In this document: piece after piece, positions 43,301-56,778 of the stretch
Position numbering within the stretch: the first letter of the stretch is position 1
Layout of the letters: the number at the start of each line of letters is the position of its first letter
From: Balanoglossus misakiensis
Taxonomy: Eukaryota; Animalia; Hemichordata
Length of the DNA stretch: 64,000 bases
Direction of reading: 5' to 3'
Assembly: GCA_040954595.2 (NCBI GenBank)
Contig: CM082584.2
Location: forward strand, 11,808,552-11,872,551
Made by a program: the position numbers and the translations under genes
Notes under the pieces: model-generated
Database searches by the model: none
What the model was told of the DNA's origin: nothing
What the model saw: the letters and a program-made list of their open reading frames with translations, nothing else

Positions 43301-46300
43301 GACATGGTCTTGTCGGAGTCGGACAAGAAATAGGCGGGAGGAAAGCTGGTCAAATTACGAAGAAGACGGCACCGCCAGTTTATGCTAGTCTGTCTGTCAG
43401 AGTTACACCGCTACACGGACAAAACTCACTGAACCAAGAACAAACACTACAGTCTGGCTCCTCGGATCAGCAGAGGTCAGGGGTCAAAGTAGTTGTGCTG
43501 TTGAAGTTGATACTACACTTGCCAGGTCAATGTTGTTAAACCCGAATTTATCATCGTCAACTGACCAGTACTTTGACACGTGGAACGTTGACTGGTAACG
43601 TGGGACAGTTGTCGTTTGTAATCAACTATCGATAAATTCTTGGTGACCTTTGACCGCCAAGAGAACTTAACATGTTCCTTGCCAATCTATATTAACGCGC
43701 ACAGGCGGTTTTGTCGGACTTCTGAGCGGAAACACGAAGACGAGTCTGTACATCTGTCTGTCAATCCCAAGACGGTGTTAATGTCATCTTTATAACTTTC
43801 GGCCGGTCTCTATACAATCTGTTGGCGAGTTTTACGAAATTCCAACTTTCGTTTAACGTTCCAATCGCACGACCTCATCACTAAATCGTTGTACATTGTA
43901 TTATTAATCGACGCTGACATAAATTTTAATAACACAAAATATTACCCCATAATAGCAGCGTGGATAATTTTCATGTCGGTCTTATAACCTTAGTTTAGTT
44001 TGATGAATGACTCTCACAAGATTTTGGCAATTTGTTTTTCTTCAAAGGTAATAAACTTGACTGTCACAGATCTTGACAGTGGTTTATGACAAATGAAGAA
44101 ACGTGCGTGGTTCACTTCTTTGTTGCTTCCCCGAAGTGTCAATAATCGTATCTGAGATTTCTATAAATAAGAAGAATGTCTACAGAGAGCGAGGACATAG
44201 GCGATAAGACTTGTGATCGCATCTCGACCTCGGGAGGACTCATTTCTTAACGAGCAGCTGTTGCTATTATTTGAATCGCTAATTGTGAGCAAAGCCAAAA
44301 TGTGAGGCTCCGTCGTAGCCAGATAGCCAAATGTTTTATTTCTCGTTATTTATCGCTTTTGCCCATTTCTGAACCGCAATATCATAATAATCATGGCTGC
44401 TCAACAACTTTCGTGAACAGCAACTTGAAGTTTGGTAGTATGGCTGCCGGCTGTGAGACGATAAAGAGCGTGAATGCACGCAAGACTTATTTGTTGACTT
44501 TCAGTATTTATTTTCTACATTTTTTCTATATTTTGATTTATAGCACGTGTACTATCACTGTTATCATCAACAACTCAAGACGAAAAATGTGTCGATTGTG
44601 AAGCTAGAGCAAATAAAAAGTACGGTACAGTTCGATTTATTTTGTAAAGCCTCTTCAAGCCATCATTCTTCGAACCTGATAACTGTTCGCCTCCGCATCC
44701 GTAGTGCGGTTCATCGGCGGCGTGGTGTGTGAATTCCTGCGTGACTAAACACCTATACCCAATAGAGAACGTATAGTTCGACCCTTTCACAGTCTATGTC
44801 AGTGTCTTTGAACTTGAACACCGTGCAGACTTTCTCTCGCAGTTCTCTCCGTGTGATATTTGCGCATAAGCACTACCTCACAGCTGGAAATCTCACCAAA
44901 ATCGTTCCCACCGTCGTGTATTGACCGAAAGGATGATCCCGACATTAAACTTCAATTACCGTGAAAATTATTCATTATTTGACGATGCTATTTCCTAGGA
45001 TTATTCTCCTTTCAGAGATAATTTAAACGTTTTACGTCAGCCCATTATCTTCTGCATTTTTTTTACTTCTGTCAATAATTCTCGATGAATGTGGAAGGTG
45101 ATGAAACTATCGCCATTATACGGAGAATGCGCAAAAAGTGTCCTCGCCTCTCGGTGTTCTACACTACGGCTTGAGTGTTTGATTCATATCTGTGAAATAT
45201 TTTTTAAATACTATTTTTGAACTGTATCTTTATATACTGTGCACAGCTACATCAATTTTCTCTATTTTCGATTTATATATTCTCTGATACCGCTCCGAGA
45301 GTTTCGTGATTTGTTGGCGTAGCGAGATATAACCTTTGACACATTGACCGTTGGCAGACTGTTTCGACTTGACGCTCGACTTCATACACCACTGCGGCGG
45401 TCTGTAGACGAGCTGCGTTGATCATGTTGATCTCTACTGTGCAAATAGCGATGTCACAGGGCAGACAGTTTCGGTAACTTTCACCACGACGACAGGAGAA
45501 CTTCAGTCGGGCAGAAGTTGGTAGATGTAGATAGAAACAACAGAGATCGATCTCCACACATGTCAACGTGAAGAAAAAGTTTGGGATATACTTTTCCCGG
45601 CGCTTAATTATAACGAAATCCCCCCTCCCCCAATATTTATCCCAGCAGCGTGTGCACGCTCTAAATGCGTTCTTTCCAGAAATAGTCTGTAATTTCAATG
45701 CCATGAGAACTGCTTCGCTCGTGTTTTGGAATTTTTTTTACCCTTGCAACAAAAGTATATCCTTGACAGATATTTACCGGTGCCCGACTTGTCACAGTCT
45801 CGAGTTGAAAAATTTAACACCGTCGGTTGGCGAAGTTTGTTTTGGGTGAGTGTTAAGTTAACAGACGACACCACGCCTTTTCTCCCGCCTTTTACGCTAA
45901 ACAAAGAGCTTGACAACCGGCAAAAACTGAATACATGCTAAATAAATATGTGTACAAAACAAGCTAATGCATGGCGATTGTTGTGAAAACACTGTCTGCG
46001 CCAAAGGTCGTTTGACCAATCAATTTATTTGTCTCTGCTCGACGGTCAAGAAAATAAAATTGCACACACGCAAGAAGGTTAAATATAAATAAGTGGCGAC
46101 TTATAACATCTGGGCAATATAATGAAATAACTGTACGTCTTCTTAAGACACCAAGGGAAGTTTCAGAATTTAGCAAGGGGGTGGACAAGGCAAAATTGCA
46201 TTGTATTTCATGACTTATTTGTGTCTAAAAGTTGGTTTTGTACTGATTACCATGTGTTATGATTTCTAGGTTTCCAACGGTTCAGTGACCAGGTGAACCG

Positions 46301-49300
46301 CATTTCTTTTGTTTTAACCCACCGAGCGACCAGGTGTTAATGAATTATGTATTTTTGTTGGTATGCAAAAAAGGCACGGACATTGCCACGCTGCCTTGCT
46401 GCTACTTGTGTGCGCTTCGCCATGCCGTCTCCACGTTGATAAGTTTATTCCCGACCTCGTGTGTTTGCTACCTATGTGTGGTTCCGTCAACCGCCCGCTA
46501 GGACTACGGTTACAGCGCGAGGGACGCTACGTACTGGTGGGCTTTCCCGAAAATACTGTTCTTGGAGTACTGGAAGTTCCGTAAGTACACGTATATCAAT
46601 ATGTTAAACATGGCGGCCTATCTGAGATCGTATTTACAGTAAGAGCTTGGTCCGTGTGTGATCTTGGTCACGGTGCGCCCTCAATCCTGTGAGTGAGGTG
46701 ACCATTAGAGTCTTGTTGGCTTCCCTGGGTTATGTTAGGGTCAGGAGATGTCTCATGGAGATATGATAGCATTGGCAAGACATCAGGTGAAAATAAAGGC
46801 CCGTGACAGCGTACGCGAGCAGATTTTATAGCACAGCAGCAGTAGTTATATAGGTACTAAGATTTTTCTTGAGCCTGAAGTTCGAAAACTTATCGGCTAG
46901 TTATGTGTGATAGAAGCAGAATTTTGAATTAAATTTTAAACCCCTCCCCATGTTTGTTATTAGAACGCTCCCTGAGATCAGGAGTCGCAACACTCAACAC
47001 TGTGCAAGTATATTGCAGTGAAATCTGACTAGCGTCATGAGACCGGCCCTGTGTACCGGGGGTTGTTACTTTTCAAAGGGTAAAGAGGCAACGGTTCACG
47101 GCGAATCGAACACCGAGAAGCCGCGGGAGGAAAAACAACCCGCGACTCGGTTACGTCTCCGACAGAAAATATACAACTTAGCGAAATAATCAGACTGTTG
47201 GCAGGAACGCCTTACACGGGTCAAGTTGCCAGCTCCCAGCTCCGGGGTCTTTGAAATCGAAAATGGACAGTCACAAAGGAAATGTATCAGCCCGCGGTGA
47301 AAAAAAGACCATGAAAGGACAGACGCATTAGCAACGCCAAACAAAAAACTATCATTCGTAAATATAAATGCGCGCTTTCACTTTCATAGCCCAGGCAAGC
47401 AGATCGATAAGTACGGTGCCTTCCGTGTTTGCGTATCGGCTCTTTTTCGCCTTTCACTCACTAAGAAAAAGTTGGCGTTCAAGACGGAAGATCTCGGCTG
47501 AAGTGGGGCTTATGCCTGCCTTTTGTATGGGGTAATCTTTAAGTCTTGTACGCTCGAGGAGTGGACACGCCGGGCGAACAAAAAGCGCCGAGTGGGGAAA
47601 ACCAGATCTGACACCAAGAAGGAGGGTTTGGATACAAAAACGAAACTCGAGCCGCGGATAAAGTCACAAGCTTTTCTGCGCGATCCCCGGTATCGGCCGC
47701 GCTGGTCCATGAAAAGTCTCTTTCCGCCGGTAACATTATCAAGCGTTACATGTCAATTAGCACGTGCGGGTACTTCGAAATGAAACCGGGGTACGTTACA
47801 CACTTACAGGTGGGCTGCACGGTTACTGTAGCAACTGATTGGCGCCCTTCTCTTGTTTGTCACGTTTTGTTCGGCAAAGTTTGTTGCTGTATACAGAACG
47901 ATGAAAAGGGAAAAGGGTAAAATGGCCACAGATGCAAGAATCATCATGATAACCTGGACGGCTTTCATTTATTAAAAATAGATTTAAGTAAAAAGTCTTG
48001 CCATTATGTAACGCACTTAATTATTAGGACGCGCTTCCTGCCAACAGGGGCGCTTGTTGCATGAAAATAACAACACATTTTTTAGTTTCTTCGTCGCTGC
48101 TAACGCGACCATGAAGGCACGTCGCGGAGAATCGTAACATATGGGCGAGAATTAACCATGCGTGTTCAATTCAGTTCGTGTGTGATTTGTTTAGCATCAG
48201 ACAATTGAACCCCGTCTTTTTCTTTCAAATTGAAAAAAATAGCCACTTAAAAAGCCATTGCTCTTTGTTTCAATGGGTTTCCCCGTTTGCCCCATAATCG
48301 CGCAAAGTGCCCACTCTTCAACTCATTGACGTCGATCACGAGACGAGATGGGTTTCTCGTATACACACACTGCGACAAGTAGTCACTTTTCGGCCATATT
48401 GCGCGCCCGAGTGTTTCGCGATTGCTGTTTGCGCGCCCGATGACGGCGCGGCAGTCACGTATCGTCAACGCAACGTCTTGGAAAGAGCGTCGGAAAAACA
48501 ACTGTTCCTGTGGCCCGCCCTGGCCCTCTCTCTCTCTAAAACTTTCTCCTCACAGTGATATTTTTGTCAATCGAAGAGGGGCTAGTTCATTTTTTAAAGG
48601 ATGGCGAACAAACGGAAAGCTTTTAATGGGCACAGAGCATAGACGGCAGAGTGCAAACACGGTGAAACGAATATACGAGGCGAGTCAATATGTCAGCGGA
48701 GAAACTGGCAACAAAAGAGGTGGGGTAGGCTATAGAGAAAAAAGAAGAAGGTGTCTAGAGAGTAAGTGGGGAAGAGAAAAGAGCGATGTGTGCATATAGA
48801 ACAAAGGGGGTCTGTAGATGCTATCAAAACTTGGTAGAATAACAATCCGAGTGGTTTGTGGTTGGGTAAGGCCGGACAAAAAGTTCATTTAGGGTTGCCA
48901 ATTGCAGTCAATGATCACTTTGCGCGTATTTCATCGCCGCTGTTCAGCGGAAGATACAAGTACTTTTTTGTTGGAGTGTGATAACAGCACGGTCCTGCGT
49001 GACACTGAATAAAGCAGACATTAGCTTCGTCTCATGATCGCTTGAAAGTCGATCCCGGCCGTGTTTTTTTCTCGGCGAACTACTTCATGCGTGTTGACAC
49101 AATCTGAAAAAAACACGAGAGTGGCGGAGCTCGGTTCTGTCTCACTCATAGATCTTTAGCGTTCCCTCTTGATGTCAATTCTGATTTGGACTTAACGAGA
49201 GTTATACAGCGGTGTAATTAATATCAAACAGAACGAGGGCCGCCCGAAACATTTGATGAATGTCCCGAATACACACACAGAAGTCATGAAAGCGCAGTTT

Positions 49301-52300
49301 AGTGCTCTTTAAAGAGAATGTGATTGTTATTAATTTTACAAAATCGCCACTTAGGTAATATATGTAGACAACCCGCAAGCGATCGAGTGAGGGTTTTTGA
49401 TCGGTTTCCTCGAGCGGCTCGGTTAAACATTCGTCTTCGCCATATTGCGACACAAGTATATACAATTTACACACTCAGTTTCTCCGTCCGAGTCATGTAA
49501 ATTTATTATCTTTTCAATCGGTACGTTCAAAAGCTCAACTCGAGTTCTAATACGTTTCCTTCCGTTTTACATTTTCTGCTAGTAGACATTGATTAATTAC
49601 GCGTTCAATTTCACCCTCGCGCAATATTTTCAAAACGCGAGAATATTAAATCATTCTTACTACCAAATATGATCAATTCTCCCCCGTTACTAGAGAACAC
49701 ATTTTCTCTCTATAAACTATATTTAAATGTAAGTTCGCTATAAGCTTAATGTTTCTCATATATAATGCAACTTTGGGAAATAATTTTCAGTGAAACGTAC
49801 AACAAAAGCCGCATATTTAGCCGAGTTTAAATTTAATGGTAGGTCTGTTCTACAACTGCTGATATTCCGAGGTGGTTGTTTTTTTCTTCTCATTCAGCAC
49901 ATCTGGAAACAGACACACTGTGGTGCCGTTTGTATGTTTATTCTTTTCTCCATACGTGCAGAGATGGTCTGGCCTCAATGCCCCAAGTCTCTCTGTTTAC
50001 CGCATGGATGTCTGCAACTGAGTTTCGCGGATGTTTACTCAAAATATTGGAAAATAATCCATTGGAGTGAGGACACGATTGAAATCGCGCGTTGTAACAG
50101 AATCTGTTTGGTCCTGCAGTCGTTTCTCAAACCCTCAATTATTTGCATGAAAGAAATGTGCTTCAGACGGGGTAAAAATAGGCCTCTCACGACAGGCTTG
50201 TCGAATTTCAATCGACACAATTTTTAAAGTTATAATTAACCATCTGAAAAAATAATTCGCGCTCCTGGCGAAGTTTCCTGTAAGCGATATCTGGAGGAGA
50301 CACTTTTCCCGGAGTTTCAACTTTTTTTTCGGATCTGTATCGGGTGGATCAGTTGCCGATATCATATGGTGACGTCACGCGTCTTCGCGTTACATTCAAC
50401 AGGGTGCTCGCTTTAAAATAAACCAATTTAAAAATTATTAAATGGCCGTAAAATATGTTATGTCCAATCTTCTTCTGGTTCCACGCTTTTATACACACGA
50501 ACACGACCAGCGCAGTGCAGACGAATCGAAATTCCAACGATTTTTTTTTATTTCTGTCAATCAGGCGACCAACTGCGGGAGAGCGACCGTATCCACGGCC
50601 GTCCATGGATACAGACTCGTGTGTCTAATTTGAACTAACGGGCAAGGCTGGGCAGATCTTCTTTCAGAAGAGAAATCAATCAGGAACCGCACAGGTAAAC
50701 TCCATTTTAAAATCCCCACACCTTTTGGGTTTTTATGAAAGTTAAACTTTAGATAATACACCGACGCCGTATATTAGAAAAACGGGAGCTAAAGAGATTA
50801 CGAGAGTTTCCGGATTAACAGTAACAATTTGTCACGAACAGAGAAACAAAAACGTGCTAAGCTGACCAACCCTTTGTCTTTTGAACAGAAGTCGGAATAC
50901 CTCATCCATAATTTCCGGATTAAACAAATATTTCTTATTAATATTTAATACTATTTTACATGCGTGTGCACGAGTTTTTGGGGTCGTGTTTAAGAGGTTA
51001 CTTAATTAGTTATAGAGACACCCTCCCCCTTCCAGTTTTTCACTTCTGTCTGTAACTTCCCGTAACATATGTCGGTGAGCAATCCACGTTTGTTTCCTCT
51101 TTTCCGATTTGGATAACTCACGTTTACACTTGACCTTGGCCTTGGCTGCCAAGTTGATCTGTCTTAATTAGATCACAGAAACTTGTGATTATGAATGGTA
51201 AGCACCGCGCGAATTGACGGTTGAGGATAGGTTGCGCAATGAATGTTGGGAAGGTGTCCGATGAACTGTTGGAGGGGGGTCTCGCTCCTTTCCCCTCCCA
51301 GACGCAAACAAACTGATGGAACGGGGTCAAAAACACCGTGTAACCGCTAGATGTGACAAACAAAATTATCTCCAGTCAGGGCGACATGTTACTGAACACT
51401 AGATACATAGCCCCCGACGTGACAACTGAAAAGGCGAGAGCGCCTCACACCTGTTTGCCGACTTTCACCGTTTTTTGAACAAACTGGTATCTTTTTACTC
51501 TTCTGCAAACAAGAGCACAAAACTTGGAATATCAAGTTTTGCCAACGGCTCCCACCGAGGCCCTTCACAGTTTCGTCCGAGGAGAGGGGTCCCCAAAACA
51601 GCTGCTGTCCGCCATTGTTTCAGCACGCACTGCCTGACCAAGAGTATGGCCCCGACGCTCATGAGCAAATATGTATTCTTTGCAAAGATAGTTTTGAAGG
51701 AGCCGCGCACATCAAAGACTTTCCCTTCTCTAAAAGCCAATGTATACACTTTAAGATGACCATTGTCCCCTGAAATGTATATATTTTATCGCTTATTCTA
51801 AATCCATCATGTCTTTTAATGTCCATTTGACTACTTAAGAGTTCGGCTCTGTCTTATGATGGCCGCGGACAATAGGAGGCATTCTCTCCTCGTCAGCACC
51901 GGAGCTGGCGTGGAAGCACGTACGGCTGAAGTGCTAACAGTCTTTACCCCAGGGACAAGCAGGACAGTGTGGCCGCAGAATATTTACATGCCTGTACGTC
52001 GAGTCCGTTAAAGACAGGTTTGACACGGCCGGCCTCAGAGTTCGCTGGCTGGTGAGGCCCGCGCCGTGCGGACTTTTTTATATGGAGGCGCGCGCGTACA
52101 TACGCACTAAAGAGTAGTTTTCCTCCCGAGGAGAGTGGACCAGTTCGTTTTCGCCAAACCGCATTACATCGCGCCGTGTCTTAACTGTCAACCGCACGAA
52201 ACAGTCAACAGCTCAATAAAATGTGAGATAAACAGGCCTGAGTGCTGAGGTACAACGACGAAGCGCCGAAAGCAGCGAGCGAATGATAAACAACAGGAAA

Positions 52301-54631
52301 TAATTCATTGTGACAACTGGTGCATCACCACCACCACTCAGAAAAAAAACTTTCAAGTCAGCTGTACACTGTGATGTTAACAGACAACGTGCTGCCCAAT
52401 CCCATGACGTCACATATAGTAAAACAAAAAAAAAGCTATACAGAAATATATAAAATCGCGTAGTTAATGGACTGCCACTGCAAGTCGTCATTTGACAAAA
52501 ATCAAAGCGACAATTAGCCACCAAAATGTCTTTCTAGATGACGAATTAAATATGGTGAAAAGTTTGACAAACTTTCTGTTGTATCATATAAATAGAGACA
52601 CATATTACAAGACGCACAGCTGCCGAATTTCTAGATTTATGAGACACAGTGAGTCGGTAGAGAGCGTAGTTTGTAAGACATGTACGTCGCGAAGTTCCTC
52701 ACCCAACAATAATGACTCTAGTTTCCATTGGTGAAGGTTAATAAGGAAGGGGAGGGGTCTTCTGAAATTCTTAACAATAAAAAGGTTCATTTGTTTGTTA
52801 TAAATCACTGAGTTTTAATGGGCAGCTTCGACAGAGATAACTAGGCTTTTGGAGTGCACTGGTAAACAATATCTTGAAGTCTTGTCAAAGCGAGGCAACC
52901 TTCGCGTGTTTGCCCGCTGGCGTCGCATCTCTATGTCGCCTCGCCGTCTCTCTATACAGATTAGCATACGGTACATTTAGCTTCAATTAACGGGGGTGAT
53001 TGAATTCAACAGGAACAATATTGAAAGTTACATTTCTTTTGTGCAATATACCACAAAGTTTGTTTGTTGTTTTTATAAACCCAACAAGACTTAGAGTATA
53101 TCGTATACAGAAAACAAAGTCATGTTGCATTTGGCTTCAACAACAAATGTTTAAGCAGCTTACACCCTACCCTACTTTAGCGGCTCCACCGATAGAGAAA
53201 TGTGCATAAAATTTAAACTTCTCTTTCATTGGCCGATTTAATGGAACAAATCAAACGAAAGGGGACATACTTGCTTTGTATTACCAAAGAGGGCGACACA
53301 GCCAGATCCTCACTCACACATGCCAAACAACTCCAAAAAGGAAAACTAACAATGGTTTTAATTTTTATTATTTTTTTTTATTTTCAAGACTAGTGAATTA
53401 AATTAAAAGAACATTCTGGTTATATTTCAGTGAAGTGACGTGTAAATAAATTCATATACCTGCATAGCCGGCGTCCATGATAATTGCCTCCTGTCAAGTT
53501 AGAATTACTATTTTCTTTTTCAGTATTTTTTCCCATTTATCAACTCAAGGTGGAGCCAAGTTGTGCCAATCATGACAGGGATGGCAAAGGTCAAAATGAT
53601 GGACACCTTCTATGAAATTATAGCATAAATAAGTGGCGTTGATTCGTTAAACTGCCACAATTAAAAATTATTTACATTTATGTTTCGTCTTTTTAAAGGA
53701 AAGGGTACATTACTGTTACAAACACACCACAGAGCATTCGCGTGCATAACAGAAATAATAGAACTTAAAATGAATATTTTAAAATCAGATTAGAATACTC
53801 AACAGGCACAAACACACAAAATTGATTGCAACTTACGTTAGACAAGGAACATGCCCGAATTAGAAATAAATATTTAGAAAACAAATATTACTATACCACA
53901 CACCACGTATGTATATATTGCACTTCAAAAAAATGTACAATAATATGTTTACATCGACGTCAGCAGAAGGAAAGTAGCCATTACTATTGAAGGTAAAAAG
54001 CCAATTTCTCACAGAAATATATTTAAAAAAATTAAAATGTGCTAATATTGTAATATCGTATTGTATAATCGGGTAAAATTATACACAATAATGTTAATTT
54101 TAATGTATATTTTTTCTGCTATTTTGAAGAGTATTGCACAAAAGGTATAGACAGTTTCTTGCACCGTGGCACAATATGCAAATTTTGGCCGCAGTGGTTG
54201 ATTAAAAGCACACGAGTCAAAGTTCATTTAGGTCTGCATCAGTTAGTCCCGTGGATCCACAAAGCAAACCGAAATTCGACTAAAAATTCATTTATTTATT
54301 TTGTTCCTACCCTTTGTCTTAAAATTTATGTACAGCATTAGGTAGTACATGTATTCTACACGTGTTTTTGAGTCACAGAAAAAATGATACAAATGTAAAT
54401 ATACGCAGTGGATATATATTAACTTTTAGAGTCAATTGATTTGTCCTAAGCATACCAAGATAATGCTTGGTCTGATTTTTCAGCTGAGGTACTTATTTCT
54501 AGATATACCTCCACGAATTCCACAGGAACAGCCTCGAGTAACTGTTGGTGAATAGATTCGAAGTACTGGCTCCGGTAGCCCTGGTGTCGCATTTTCTTTA
54601 ACTTAAAATAACGCGTTTTACAGTGTGAGCC

Positions 54632-54724
54632 TTAACCTTTTCACCCCAGTTCCCTCTATAGAGGTCCAACTTTGCCATAGAAAACAATGGGTATGGATGG
54701 AACCATGGTGGTGGAAAGGGTTAA
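54632..54724. mobile_element. Short piggyBac-type MITE-like element (85 bp) flanked by TTAA
   Basis: TTAA (54632-35) CCTTTTCACC...GGTGGAAAGGG TTAA (54721-24): imperfect terminal inverted repeats starting CC(C/T)TTT with a TTAA duplication, which is the piggyBac-superfamily signature. A similar end fragment (CTCTTTCACCACCATGGTTT) occurs at about 18755-18774. Confidence 0.55.
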
Positions 54725-54739
54725 GTCTCTCGATCCCTT

Positions 54740-54861
54740 TCATCGCAGCTTGACGTAATCTCTGAGTCGGTCAGGTAGATCGCTACTGACCTCATCGATT
54801 CTGTTGCCACACGCCTTCCTGATCGCCAGCCTACACAGGTGTTGTAAGGTTTGAGTCTCCT
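54740..54861 (-). CDS. INK4/CDKN2-like gene, coding exon 4: SOCS box and stop
   Basis: Acceptor TTGTGGCTTTTGCAG|, phase 1 matching exon 3. Translates (E)ETQTLQHLCRLAIRKACGNRIDEVSSDLPDRLRDYVKLR*, with a BC-box (TLQHLCRLAIR) and an LPxxLxDY C-terminal motif. Too short for the ORF track. Confidence 0.82.
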
Positions 54862-54939
54862 CTGCAAAAGCCACAACAGTACAGTCGAGAATTAGTTAAG
54901 ACAGCAAGAACTCCTTCTTTGCAGATTTATACGCCTTTA

Positions 54940-54969
54940 CCTCTAGAGGGCGCTGTTTCAAAGATGGCG
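54940..54969 (+). promoter_or_regulatory. CTCF-like motif adjacent to a YY1-like motif
   Basis: CCTCTAGAGGGCGCTG at 54940-54955 (consensus CCASYAGRKGGCRSY, 1 mismatch), followed by AAGATGGCG at 54961-54969 (YY1 core). Confidence 0.5.
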
Positions 54970-56390
54970 ACCGGACCTGGTTATTTTGGTCGCCTACATT
55001 AATTCGTCGTTATACCAATATAAATCTGTTCCCAGTGTTGCAGCCTGCGTTGGGGCGAATGATTAGTTAATGGCTAATGGGGCGAGTAAGACTTGTCAAC
55101 ACAATAGGGATAATGTAATAGTTTTTGGTAAACTGATCGCCATGCGCTGCAATGATATATCTTGGGTGCTTTGGGGCAAGATGGTTAGTCGTCGAGAAAT
55201 GCTTAAGATGCTCAGCATTCTTTAGCCGTGACGCTGACTTGGTCAAGTGGTAGGGCGGCAGCTTCGTGAGTTTGCCGTGATACATGTAATATGTGATGTG
55301 ATGACAGTCTTTTGGTATTCTCCGTAGAATGGTATTTTACAGACAGTATTTTGGATTTGCTTTACACAAACAAGAATTGCTTATTTTTTTATAAAGTAAG
55401 AACCATTTTCATTAAAAAGAAAACTAAGGAAACAATTCAACGCATTTCAAAAATTCAAAAAGCATGGGGGAAAGACGCGAAGTGACCGTGGTGCAAATCT
55501 GTAGCCGCATTTATCGCCCCATCACAGGTCAAAGGTGACTCGCGAGGGTTAGAGTTTAACTCATTGGCTTCAAATTTCCCATTTAGCGGTCATAAAAGTC
55601 CCCAGGCGTCCATTTGAAGCGACAGGCATTAACGCGAACACTCTCCGTCGCGTGCCAGCTTTTTAATTCGGTTTCCAAGCGACGCTATCAAATGCTGCCC
55701 GCGGGAACCCTGGATCAACGTGACCTTATTTTAGGGGTCGCAGACGATAGTTTTCAACCCGCAGCGTTGGATTATGTTGGCCATTGATTGATTAGGCCTG
55801 CAGGCGGACGCGACGCCCAGATGTGTTTTGGCAATGAGCAACGCCACATGTAATATGCAGTGTCTCTTTCTATATGCTTATTTCAATTAGGCCAAGCATT
55901 AATCTGTTCCAAATATCGGCCGCTTTGCACAGAATAAATTTCACAATTATTGCAAAATTGTCGACGGCCGGGGTTGCTGTTCGTACCATCGTCATCCATG
56001 TGTACATGTATTAGCATGGCTTTAGTCGCCATCTTTAGCCCGCGTATGAAATATAGTCGTTATTTTAAAGCACACTCCGACAACACGTACACGTGTTGGT
56101 GAGTGTCACATCTGTTGAGGAATGTCTGACCTTTGACATTATCTTTGACTTTCTTTCGTCGCTCTCTTCTGAATGAGTAAAGCATAGTGGATCCCTAGAG
56201 GGAGCTGATGCTATTTCAATTTCAATAAAAATATGGATAGAGGCTGCGAATTTAAGTGAGCGGTTTCGGAATAATTTAACTGGTATACCAATACCAAAGA
56301 AAAGACTTCGTGTATTTATAAAGCCCAAGTCAAGTTGCTGTCGGATTACTCAATAAACAAACAAACAGATGAAAAAATATTGTCACCTAC

Positions 56391-56508
56391 CTAGGATGGC
56401 TCTTACACAGTCAACGAGTGCAGGTCTTGCTGAGGCTATGTCAACCACCGTCTGTGAGTTTGAATTTCGGGTGAAAAGGTAGCTTCCTCTTGACAAAAAC
56501 AGTAATGC
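56391..56508 (-). CDS. INK4/CDKN2-like gene, coding exon 3 (end of ankyrin repeat 4 and repeat 5)
   Basis: A long C/T tract ends in CCCCTCAG|. Phase-0 reading gives ALLFLSRGSYLFTRNSNSQTVVDIASARPALVDCVRAIL, resembling the fifth repeat of p18/p19 (RNxxGxTxxDLA). Donor CTAG|GTAGGT, phase 1; 118 nt. Confidence 0.8.
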
Positions 56509-56778
56509 CTGAGGGGAGGGGGGGGGTGAGGGAGAAAGAGAAAGAGAGAGAGAGAGAGATGGAGAACGTTAATCCATTTTTATCACTTTTTACGCAAAAC
56601 ATCCATCCGTCTGTCCAGTGACTGTCTAATCTGTCTATCAGTTCGCAAGCCTGGTCGTTTTCAATCAATCGATCAATCAATCAAAAGATATGTCTATCGG
56701 TCAGTCAGTCAGTCAGTCAGGTTCCATATATGTTTTATATGACTTAGGTAAAATCACGTGTGTCCATCATAAGCTTAC

